Positions 46,198-53,957 of a stretch of 64,000 nt of DNA are shown in pieces. The stretch lies in NCBI GenBank assembly GCA_966248215.1, contig CBIMYT010000007.1, forward strand, positions 26,167-90,166. Reading direction: 5' to 3'. Positions within the stretch are counted from its first letter, which is position 1, and each line of letters begins with the position of its first letter. The notes below the pieces were generated by a model. That model searched no databases. It had not been told where the DNA came from and worked only from the letters and a program-made list of their open reading frames with translations. Origin of the DNA: an uncultured Methylophilus sp. Lineage in GTDB: Bacteria; Pseudomonadota; Gammaproteobacteria; Burkholderiales; Methylophilaceae. Both the position numbers and the translations under genes were made by a program.

Positions 46198-47409
46198 TTG
46201 AGCAAACCTGCCGCCAACGTGCTGTCTGCGCGTGTTCTATCCATCAAAGAATCTCCTACTTTGGCGATTACCGCCAAGGCAGCCAGGTATAAAGCTGAAG
46301 GTCGCCCGATTATTGGCCTGGCAGCAGGAGAACCGGATTTTGATACGCCGCAGCATATTAAAGACGCGGCAAAAGCGGCGATTGATGCGGGCTATACCAA
46401 ATATACGCCGGTCAGCGGTATCCCGGCGCTGAAAAAAGCCATCGTCAGCAAATTCAAAAACGAAAATGGCTTCGACTATGCCTTGAATGAAGTGATTGTA
46501 GGCGTAGGCGGCAAGCAAACCATTTTCAATTTGTGCCTGGCAGTATTAAATGCTGGCGACGAAGTGATTATCCCGGCACCTTACTGGGTCAGCTATGCCG
46601 ATATCGCCATGGTGGCCGAAGCCAAACCGGTGGTGCTGGAGTGTGGCATTGAACAAGGGTTTAAACTGCTGCCGGCACAACTGGAAGCGGCGATCACCCC
46701 GAAAACCAAACTGGTGATGTTCAACTCCCCTTCCAACCCGACTGGTGCAGTCTACTCACTGGAAGAGCTGAAAGCCCTGGGTGAAGTATTGCTCAAACAT
46801 CCGCATGTGCTGGTTGCCACTGACGATATGTATGAACACGTCAACCTGAGTGGCCAGCCATTCCACAACATTCTCAATGCAACCCCTGAACTGAAAGAGC
46901 GCTGCATTGTGCTGAACGGCGTATCCAAAGCCTACTCCATGACCGGCTGGCGTATTGGCTATGCCGCTGGGCCTGCCTACATTATTAAAGCGATGGAAAT
47001 CCTGCAAAGCCAGTCCACCAGCAACCCGACCTCAATTTCGCAATATGCTGCCGAAGCCGCTTTAAGTGGCTCGCAGGACTGTATCAAACCCATGGTAACT
47101 GCCTTCCGTGAACGTCACGAATATGTGGTTAACCGTTTCAATGCCATGCCAGGCTTGAGCTGCCTGATGGCAGGTGGCGCATTCTATGCCTTCCCGGATG
47201 CACGCCAGGCAATTGCCAATCTGCATCAGGCTGGAAAAATCAAGGAAACCACCGACATGGCCTTTGCCGAATATCTGCTGGAACAGCATAACGTCGCCGT
47301 GGTGCCGGGCTCCGCTTTTGGTGCCGAAGGTTATTTCCGCATTTCGTTTGCCACCAGCATGGACAACCTGCGTGAAGCGCTGGATCGTATCGAAAAAGCG
47401 CTGGTTTAA
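46198..47409 (+). CDS. Class I PLP-dependent aminotransferase (aspartate aminotransferase-like)
   Basis: SPTLAITAKA, GEPDFDTP, NSPSNPTG and the PLP-lysine in GVSKAYSMTGWRIGY. TTG start with AAGGAAG upstream. Confidence 0.85.
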   Translation: MSKPAANVLSARVLSIKESPTLAITAKAARYKAEGRPIIGLAAGEPDFDTPQHIKDAAKAAIDAGYTKYTPVSGIPALKKAIVSKFKNENGFDYALNEVIVGVGGKQTIFNLCLAVLNAGDEVIIPAPYWVSYADIAMVAEAKPVVLECGIEQGFKLLPAQLEAAITPKTKLVMFNSPSNPTGAVYSLEELKALGEVLLKHPHVLVATDDMYEHVNLSGQPFHNILNATPELKERCIVLNGVSKAYSMTGWRIGYAAGPAYIIKAMEILQSQSTSNPTSISQYAAEAALSGSQDCIKPMVTAFRERHEYVVNRFNAMPGLSCLMAGGAFYAFPDARQAIANLHQAGKIKETTDMAFAEYLLEQHNVAVVPGSAFGAEGYFRISFATSMDNLREALDRIEKALV

Positions 47410-47425
47410 AATCACCCAGTCAAAC

Positions 47426-47457
47426 AAAAAAGCGCCGTCATCAACGGCGCTTTTTTT
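47426..47457. terminator. Bidirectional terminator between the convergent aminotransferase gene and the 192-aa ORF
   Basis: GCGCCGT(47432-47438)/ACGGCGC(47444-47450), flanked by an A6 run upstream and a T7 run downstream. Confidence 0.65.
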
Positions 47458-47471
47458 GTTCCAGCCACATG

Positions 47472-48050
47472 CTAGTCATTCAGTAAATTGTTTAACGGAT
47501 TGTCTGCCAGCCCCATATCCAGTGCGACCGTCGTTTGTGTTACCAGATCCGAAAGCTCTGCAACAGAAAGCGCCTGCGGAGAGGCGGCAGCCTGGCTTTC
47601 CACTGGCATCAGTACATCATTGATATGTAAAGCCCCACTCTGTTCGGAGGCGGAAAACAGCGATGCGGACACTGAAGGATGCGTAATAGACACAAAAGCC
47701 TCAGCATCTTCCCGCAACGCGGAAACCAGAGATAATGGCAAAATATCGGTGTCGTCCCACTGCAATGCCGCCAGCACATGCTGAACCACTGCCGGATTGA
47801 CAGCCTGCTCACTGATATCCATTTCACCGGAAGCAAGCAACGCTTCTGACAGCCGGACGGTCTGTTGCTCGGCAAACTGCACCATTTCACCATTCGGTGT
47901 CTGCATGGCAAGCTGGCTGCCGGTAGTCGTGACAAGCTGATCACCATCATGCAGGCTATCGCCTGCCTGAAGCAATACTCGCCGGCCATTCGCATCCACT
48001 ATTTCCACCATGCCGGTCAGGCTGACCACTGTTCCCAAAACTGTACACAT
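47472..48050 (-). CDS. Hypothetical 192-aa protein whose N-terminus resembles the retention module of LapA-type giant adhesins
   Basis: ATG at 48050 has AAGGAG 7 nt upstream. The N-terminal approx 70 aa (VLGTVVSLTGMVEIVDANGRRVLLQAGDSLHDGDQLVTTTGSQLAMQT) recall the N-terminal retention domain of type I secreted adhesins. The rest is acidic and Ser/Ala-rich. No repeats or C-terminal secretion signal recognised. Confidence 0.35.
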   Translation of the reverse strand: MCTVLGTVVSLTGMVEIVDANGRRVLLQAGDSLHDGDQLVTTTGSQLAMQTPNGEMVQFAEQQTVRLSEALLASGEMDISEQAVNPAVVQHVLAALQWDDTDILPLSLVSALREDAEAFVSITHPSVSASLFSASEQSGALHINDVLMPVESQAAASPQALSVAELSDLVTQTTVALDMGLADNPLNNLLND

Positions 48051-48279
48051 ACTTATCTCCTTCAGGCGCACATTATAAATGACTCGCCTTCAGAACAAAT
48101 TAGCTCATCCGGGTAACATTAAGCGTAATCTCCCATGCAGACTCTTGACTTTTTCAGCCGCCTTTGCACAAAAAACAGCGTTTTAAAGTACCACTCGAAA
48201 AATATAAAGAAATTCGCAAAAAGTGGTTGACCAAGGCGCGTGGTCTCAGTAATATAGCGCCTTCAAACGACGTACCGAT

Positions 48280-48355
48280 TCCTCAATAGCTCAGTCGGTA
48301 GAGCGCCGGACTGTTAATCCGTAGGTCCCTGGTTCGAGCCCAGGTTGAGGAGCCA
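48280..48355 (+). tRNA. tRNA-Asn (anticodon GTT), intact
   Basis: 76 nt. Acceptor TCCTCAA/TTGAGGA plus G-CCA, D-arm GCTC-AGTCGGTA-GAGC, anticodon loop CTGTTAA, T-arm CCTGG-TTCGAGC-CCAGG. Folded by eye; C27-U43 is unpaired. Confidence 0.92.
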
Positions 48356-48358
48356 AAT
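48310..48358 (+). repeat. Left copy of the 49-bp direct repeat (tRNA-Asn 3-prime 46 nt plus 3 nt), attL-like
   Basis: ACTGTTAATCCGTAGGTCCCTGGTTCGAGCCCAGGTTGAGGAGCCAAAT is identical base for base to 58005-58053. Confidence 0.9.
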
Positions 48359-49939
48359 TGATGCAAAAGTGGGCACTGTTAATTCAGCGCCCATTTTTTT
48401 CGTCTCAACAATCGCACTGGCCATCGCGTCATAGCTTCCGGATATAGTCGCCTCGCCATCTTTCAGCACAATCTCATGGACAAGCCCTTTCAAGTATTGC
48501 TTGCCGAAATTAGACTTGCGATCTGTCAGCTTACTTTTTAACACCTGCGTGAACACGTTGATGTTTTTATTATTCAATGCGTCAACTGGCATATCTTGCT
48601 GCCGTTTCATAGCTGCAATCTCTAATAAGATATCCTGCCGCCTTGTTTGAATGCTTCTTGATCTGCTCTGTAATGTTTCATCCATCGGCAGAAAGCCCTT
48701 CTCCACAGCTTCAAATAACCGTTCGTTACGTTGGTTTAACTCCTCCAGCTCTTTTTGTAGCGGCTGCGCGTGATTGGACTGGTCTTTGTTGCGCTGCACG
48801 ATCCGTTTTCGCATTTCTTGCATCATCGTGGAAACTCGCGCGGGCGTAAAAACCCTGTCTGCAAGGTTGGTCAGCACAAGATTGTCCAGTTTTTCCATTG
48901 AAATGGCAGGCATGGTGCACAAATGATTGCCCTTCCCGATGCGGGTATTGCATTTATAGTACCGATAGCGCCCGCCTTTACCCGTTGCCAGCGTCATGCC
49001 AGCACCACAGATGCCGCATTTCAATATGCCAGTGAGCAGTGTCGGGGAATTGACTAACCTCGGCGCCACTTTTGCGGGCGCGCGGTCCGCTCTGCGGATC
49101 CGTGCGTCCTCAAAGGTGCTCGCCTCGATGATCGCAGGTATCTCTACCTTGATCCATTCGCTTTCTGGTTTGAGCTCGCCGGTCTTGTTATTGCGCTTAT
49201 TAAAGTAATACTCGCCAATGTAGGCTTTGTTTGAAAGCACCTCATGCACGCGGCTGCGGTTCCATTTCTGAGTGCGTAACAGGATGTTTTTGCTATTTAG
49301 ATAGGTAGCGATCTCTTTCGCACCCATATGGCCTTGTTCGTTGCCGAACAGATATAAATGAAAAATCTTTTTGACCAGTTCTGATTCAACCGGATCAATA
49401 TCTATTTTCTTTTTCTTTTTGCTTTTAGCACCCATGACTTCAATTTCAACTGCGCGATAGCCAAATGGTGCCCGTGATCCATTCATGTACCCGCGTCTGG
49501 CGTTTTCTTTCATGGCGCGGATGGTGTGTTTACCGTTTTCTTTACTCTGGTACTCATCGAATAAACTAAAAACCTTACTAGCCATTTCCCCGGCTGGGTC
49601 ATCGCTTGTGATCTGAGTAATAGAGATCAGCTTGCAATGCGCCCTTCTCAGTTTTCGTTCATAGCTTAAAAACTCATACATATCGCGAAAGAAGCGTGAC
49701 CGACTATGTACGATGATGGCCTCATAGGGTTCGCTGTCGCTTGTGGCATCGGCAATCATCTGTTGAAACGCAGGTCGCCGGTCATCGGTGGCGGATGCAC
49801 CTGGCTCGATATATTCCATCGCCACGACATAACCATTTGCCTGACACCAGTCACGCATTTGATTGATCTGATCTGGGATTGATAAATCCTTTTCAGCCTG
49901 CCTGACTGTAGATACTCTCGCATAAAGTGCAACTGCCAT
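48314..49939 (-). CDS. Large serine recombinase (resolvase domain + recombinase domain + zinc ribbon + coiled coil)
   Basis: N-terminal YARVSTVRQ catalytic-serine motif. Cys-rich zinc ribbon CGICGAGM ... YYKCNTRIGKGNHLC. 541 aa. The last 15 codons (including the stop) lie within 48314-48358, antisense to the tRNA-Asn 3-prime end. Confidence 0.85.
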   Translation of the reverse strand: MAVALYARVSTVRQAEKDLSIPDQINQMRDWCQANGYVVAMEYIEPGASATDDRRPAFQQMIADATSDSEPYEAIIVHSRSRFFRDMYEFLSYERKLRRAHCKLISITQITSDDPAGEMASKVFSLFDEYQSKENGKHTIRAMKENARRGYMNGSRAPFGYRAVEIEVMGAKSKKKKKIDIDPVESELVKKIFHLYLFGNEQGHMGAKEIATYLNSKNILLRTQKWNRSRVHEVLSNKAYIGEYYFNKRNNKTGELKPESEWIKVEIPAIIEASTFEDARIRRADRAPAKVAPRLVNSPTLLTGILKCGICGAGMTLATGKGGRYRYYKCNTRIGKGNHLCTMPAISMEKLDNLVLTNLADRVFTPARVSTMMQEMRKRIVQRNKDQSNHAQPLQKELEELNQRNERLFEAVEKGFLPMDETLQSRSRSIQTRRQDILLEIAAMKRQQDMPVDALNNKNINVFTQVLKSKLTDRKSNFGKQYLKGLVHEIVLKDGEATISGSYDAMASAIVETKKMGAELTVPTFASIWLLNLGSNQGPTD

Positions 49940-49945
49940 TTGTAC

Positions 49946-50074
49946 TTACTCCCCTTCTATTTCAATACGCTGTAACAACTCAGCTAAAATTTCAGAAAAA
50001 AAAGTGCTGATCAACTGCATCTCGATTTCTTTCACACTCTCAGAAACAAAACTATGATGAAGAACCGCTACCAT
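49946..50074 (-). CDS. Possible 42-aa ORF between the Rep-like and recombinase genes
   Basis: Hand translation gives MVAVLHHSFVSESVKEIEMQLISTFFSEILAELLQRIEIEGE. Its ATG overlaps the Rep-like stop (ATGGTAG), and its stop lies 6 nt before the recombinase ATG. No homology recognised. Confidence 0.2.
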   Translation of the reverse strand: MVAVLHHSFVSESVKEIEMQLISTFFSEILAELLQRIEIEGE

Positions 50075-51150
50075 TCGCCCAACCTCATTTCATTCGCCCT
50101 GCGGTCAACTTCTTGCTGCCATGTTAGTGGATCGTGGATTTCAGAAACAATATTGAATAAATGCTGAAACGCTTCATCCATATATGACTTTGGATTACCT
50201 GAATACAAAACATCAATGGCCGCTACTCGCTTGATGTAGCCATATACGCTTAATGCAATTCTGGTTAATCGCTCATCGTAAAGATCAAGCGGCTTATGCT
50301 CTCGTTTAATGCCTAGACCTTGGAGGGTATCAATTTGAGCTAATAAATCCTTCCAAAGCGGATGTATTGCCCAGCGTGAACGATTGCTGTCATCGCCCTT
50401 GATTCGTAATGATGTGTGATTTGTTGAAAGGGAACGAAGCAAATCTGCCTGTCGCTCCTCAAGTGATTGCATGGATGAAATGCCCAATTTGCGAAGCTGA
50501 TCTTTTCGGACTTGCCATTCAATGCGCCACACATCTTGATCAATGCCCCAAAGTCTAAAAAGCCAGCTTTTTTGACTTTTCTCATTGATCTCATCTACTT
50601 TGTTGTACACCCTGAGAACGACATTTTCAGTACCAAATTTGAAAGTTTGGACTTTGCCATCCTTCCGATATTGGCTATCTTTGGTTGACCTTGATACAAA
50701 ACTATCCTCATCAAAATCAATCAGTGGGAGATGGTAGTCAAACGCGTAATCTACGCGTGACAATCTTTCGGGCTGGGCTTGAGTTAATCCAACTGATGCA
50801 GCCCAATTTAAGAAACGCTGATGCAATGTCAGCAAATCGTTATGCCATAACGCAATGCTGCGAAACTTAACGAAGAAGTTCGGTCGGTTAAACTCACCAA
50901 ATTGAATAATGAAGACATCATTTTCAATCAGGAATGGATAACCGCTAGCAGTGCCATGTGAAGCAAGCAAGAAATCCTCACAACCAAGCTTTATTGGTTT
51001 TGGTTTTTTTATCTTGGCTTTAGCAAGCGATTCTTTTTTCGATGCTAGATCAACAAAGTCTAATTTTGAGATACCTAAAGGGATTAAGTAATAGGCACAC
51101 TCAATTGTATCGAAGCCAGATAACAGAAATTGTGATAAGGGTTTTTTCAT
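50068..51150 (-). CDS. Divergent replication-initiation-factor-like (Rep_trans-like) protein
   Basis: The motif order matches the clearer Rep at 55372-56346: GFDTIECAYY versus IDWLAFT, LSRVDYAFDY versus ITRIDLAHDD, VLRVYNKVDE versus ILRIYEKGKQ, and WRIEWQVRKDQL versus WVRAEVEFKDKD. The family call is tentative. Confidence 0.45.
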   Translation of the reverse strand: MKKPLSQFLLSGFDTIECAYYLIPLGISKLDFVDLASKKESLAKAKIKKPKPIKLGCEDFLLASHGTASGYPFLIENDVFIIQFGEFNRPNFFVKFRSIALWHNDLLTLHQRFLNWAASVGLTQAQPERLSRVDYAFDYHLPLIDFDEDSFVSRSTKDSQYRKDGKVQTFKFGTENVVLRVYNKVDEINEKSQKSWLFRLWGIDQDVWRIEWQVRKDQLRKLGISSMQSLEERQADLLRSLSTNHTSLRIKGDDSNRSRWAIHPLWKDLLAQIDTLQGLGIKREHKPLDLYDERLTRIALSVYGYIKRVAAIDVLYSGNPKSYMDEAFQHLFNIVSEIHDPLTWQQEVDRRANEMRLGEW

Positions 51151-51164
51151 ACCCCTTATCTTAA

Positions 51165-51196
51165 ACCAAAAACAAAGGGGTCATCAAGACCCCTTT
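51165..51196 (-). terminator. Hairpin plus U-run immediately upstream of the Rep-like gene
   Basis: AAAGGGGTC(51174-51182)/GACCCCTTT(51188-51196). On the minus strand it is followed by GUUUUUGG. Confidence 0.45.
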
Positions 51197-51319
51197 AGAT
51201 AAATTTAATTAGAAATTATTCTACGATCTTCAATTTTTATATCGCCGCTGACGACTTTCCAAAAATTACCGATTTTCTTTGCCAGATTTAAACCAACTGA
51301 ACGACTTGATTGCGATCCC

Positions 51320-51562
51320 TCATCTGGAAAAAATTCTTTGTTCATATTTTCTAATGGTTCGTTTGTTATGGACAATTAATAAAACACGCCACCCGTAGTA
51401 ATCGCCAAATCTTAAAAAACCTAATGCCGCCTGAAGTTCGTCAAGCGAACCAGAAAAGTTTGCAACGGCATCACGCTCAATCTTTAAAAGCTCTTGCTCG
51501 CGCTCGCTAGTCCTGTCAGGCATTAATGCGAGATTATGATCTTTATGCGGATTCGTGTTCAT
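51320..51562 (-). CDS. Hypothetical 80-aa protein, divergent from the methyltransferase gene
   Basis: ORF only; no motif recognised. A 46-aa alternative ORF (51205-51345, MNKEFFPDEGSQ...) overlaps its 3-prime end. Confidence 0.3.
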   Translation of the reverse strand: MNTNPHKDHNLALMPDRTSEREQELLKIERDAVANFSGSLDELQAALGFLRFGDYYGWRVLLIVHNKRTIRKYEQRIFSR

Positions 51563-51660
51563 ATGAGGTTTCTCTTTTGATTTTTATACCATATCAAAAT
51601 AAGGGGTACACATCAACCCTATAAGTTCCTAAAAAACTCTCTTGTTTAACCAGTTCTATA

Positions 51661-51670
51661 AATGTACATT
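51661..51670. promoter_or_regulatory. 10-bp perfect palindrome AATGTACATT in the divergent promoter region of the R-M module
   Basis: Read directly from the sequence. A CCCCCG/CGGGGG hairpin (51691-51713) follows, 23 nt before the methyltransferase ATG. Confidence 0.3.
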
Positions 51671-51735
51671 GTTGATTATGTATTTTGAGCCCCCCGTGTT
51701 ACATAATCGGGGGTTGTTAATAGGGTAGAAAGTTT

Positions 51736-52995
51736 ATGAGTTTGAAGGTTTTGGATACTTTTGCGGGCGCTGGCGGGTTCAGCCTTGGATTTGAAATGGC
51801 GGGTGCGTCAATCATTGGCGCTATTGAAATGGATAGTTGGGCATGTGAAACCTTTAAGCATAACCATCCTAATTCATTGGTGCTTCAAGGAGATATTACT
51901 CAAATTACAGATGCTCAAATCTTAGAAACTTTCAATAATTCTAAACCAGATGTAATACTAGGAGGTCCTCCTTGCCAGGGATTTTCTATCGCTAATAAAA
52001 GGAATGGTGATCACAAAGATCCTAGAAACTCATTGTTCAAAGAGTTTATTCGAGTGGGTAAACTTTTAAATCCTGAGTTTATGATAATGGAGAATGTTCC
52101 AAATCTAATAAAAGCACAAACAGAATCTAAAGAATTGGTTATAGATATCATCTGTGATGAATTAAGAAATTTAGGTTACTTTGTAGACTATCGGATTCTT
52201 GAAGCTACTAATTATGGCGTTCCACAAATTAGAAAGAGGCTTTTTGTTATTGCATCAAAAAAGAAATTAGCAAGGCCCTTCCCTGATCGAACACACACAC
52301 TCTATCCAAAGCTGGATTTACTTGATGCGGATCTTTTGCAATGTCCAAGCGTATGGGACGCTATATCCGATCTACCAGAGTTAGAAGCTCGGGAAGGTGC
52401 TGAAGAATTAAATTACACCACTAGCGCAAAAAATGAATACCAAAAAATGCTTCGTGGAAACTCTCCATTTGTGTTCAATCATAAAGCAATGAATCATTCG
52501 AAAAGATTAGTTGATAGATTTTCTTCAATGAGCTGGGGAGATTCAACATCTGATGTTCCTGACCACTTGCGGCCATATAAAAGAAATAGCAAAGAGTTTT
52601 CCGAAAAGGCATATGATCAGAACAATAGACGCATGCATCCTGATAAGCCTTGTCACACTATAGCAGCGTCGTTCTATGCAAACTTCGTTCATCCCTATAA
52701 AAATAGAAACTTCACGGCTCGAGAAGGAGCCAGAATTCAATCGTTCCCTGATTGGTTCGTTTTTAAGGGAAAGCCAACTGTAATCAGTCATAAGCTTTTA
52801 CAAAGAGAAGGTAGGCATGAGGAGAAACACTTGTGCCAATACAACCAAATTGGAAATGCTGTACCCCCGCTACTCGCAAAAGCAGTAGCATTGAATATTA
52901 TTAATCAATTCAAAAAAGAAGAGAGGATCGAGAGTGTTCGTACATGGGAACAATTTGGAGCAGAAAGAAACTCATACGACGAAGTACAGGGATGA
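51736..52995 (+). CDS. DNA (cytosine-5)-methyltransferase
   Basis: Motif I LDTFAGAGGFSLGF, motif IV GGPPCQGFS, motif VI ENVPNL, motif VIII QIRKRLFVI, motif X QIGNAVPPLL. 419 aa. Confidence 0.92.
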   Translation: MSLKVLDTFAGAGGFSLGFEMAGASIIGAIEMDSWACETFKHNHPNSLVLQGDITQITDAQILETFNNSKPDVILGGPPCQGFSIANKRNGDHKDPRNSLFKEFIRVGKLLNPEFMIMENVPNLIKAQTESKELVIDIICDELRNLGYFVDYRILEATNYGVPQIRKRLFVIASKKKLARPFPDRTHTLYPKLDLLDADLLQCPSVWDAISDLPELEAREGAEELNYTTSAKNEYQKMLRGNSPFVFNHKAMNHSKRLVDRFSSMSWGDSTSDVPDHLRPYKRNSKEFSEKAYDQNNRRMHPDKPCHTIAASFYANFVHPYKNRNFTAREGARIQSFPDWFVFKGKPTVISHKLLQREGRHEEKHLCQYNQIGNAVPPLLAKAVALNIINQFKKEERIESVRTWEQFGAERNSYDEVQG

Positions 52996-53803
52996 AGGAT
53001 CTATTGTCTACCTAAAAGAAATTAGAGCGCGCTATGATGAATGGAAATCTGCAAACCTAGCGCTTATTGGTCCAACTAAAATTTTAGCTGACAATGATAG
53101 TGAAATTATTAAAAAAAGAGTTGAGCTTCTTAACGATTATAAAGATTTTATTGACCAGCAACATTACGCTGAACAATTCGACTCTCGCTCAAATTTACAC
53201 TCGTCTGTATTAGAAGAGTTTATGTATTACCTTTTTAAGGATTTAGAAAATTCAATTTCAAACTCAGCTTTAATCGGTAAATCTCACACATTTAAAGATT
53301 TATTTTTTAGCGCAGATAGTTATGCAGATATGTTAGATACCCCAACAATTAGGGTTGAACGGAAAGATCATGACTTTGCTATTGGGGTAAAAATCGAAGC
53401 CAGTTTTAAGACTGCTGGCCAGACGAAGGCAGAAACAAACGTTTGGGATTTGCCAGCAATAGCAATTGAATGCAAAACATATCTTGATAAAACAATGTTG
53501 CAAGACGCATCAACGGCTGCGGAAATCATTAAGCACAGAAATCCAAATGCTCTTTATATCGTAGTAGCTGAATGGCTGAAACTAACAGAGGCGGTTAATA
53601 TTCGCAAATTTAAAATTGATCAAATATATGTACTTAGAAAACAGAAAAATACTGATCGCGAATATAGATACAAGGAAACTTATGTAAAAAACCCTATTCA
53701 TCATGACGCAACTATTCATTTATATGAAACTGTTCGTCAATTCCTTACTACCCCGTGGGAAGGCAGTGTGAATCACGGATTGCAAAGAGGGTATCTGCTG
53801 TAG
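52934..53803 (+). CDS. Candidate type II restriction endonuclease partner
   Basis: GTG start with GAGAGGA 6 nt upstream, overlapping the last 62 nt of the methyltransferase gene. Candidate PD-(D/E)xK elements (HDFAIGV ... AIAIECKTY). No family recognised, and there is no in-frame ATG until far downstream. Confidence 0.45.
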   Translation: MFVHGNNLEQKETHTTKYRDEGSIVYLKEIRARYDEWKSANLALIGPTKILADNDSEIIKKRVELLNDYKDFIDQQHYAEQFDSRSNLHSSVLEEFMYYLFKDLENSISNSALIGKSHTFKDLFFSADSYADMLDTPTIRVERKDHDFAIGVKIEASFKTAGQTKAETNVWDLPAIAIECKTYLDKTMLQDASTAAEIIKHRNPNALYIVVAEWLKLTEAVNIRKFKIDQIYVLRKQKNTDREYRYKETYVKNPIHHDATIHLYETVRQFLTTPWEGSVNHGLQRGYLL

Positions 53804-53883
53804 ATTTAGTTAAAGAATTCATTGTAGAGCTATCAATCTATCAAGATTAATACTTTCCAGTTACCAGATTTAATAGTATTGGT

Positions 53884-53933
53884 GAGCCAAATAAAAGAAG
53901 CCTTGCAGAGATGCAGGGCTTTTTGCTTTTCTG
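53884..53933 (+). repeat. Partial att copy: GAGCCAAAT plus a diverged duplicate of the tRNA-Asn terminator region
   Basis: 45 of 50 positions are identical to 58045-58094 (hand alignment, no gaps). Substitutions in the stem preserve pairing (G-U). Confidence 0.7.
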
Positions 53934-53957
53934 TCTCTGTCACCATTTTGTCAACCA

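Larger units (their letters stand above)
48359..53883. mobile_element. Integrative element A (approx 5.5 kb): serine recombinase, Rep-like gene, small ORFs, C5-MTase plus candidate REase
   Basis: Flanked by GAGCCAAAT at 48350-48358 and 53884-53892 (TTGAGGAGCCAAAT versus TTGGTGAGCCAAAT). Composition is A+T-richer than the flanks. The recombinase gene abuts the left junction. Confidence 0.6.
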
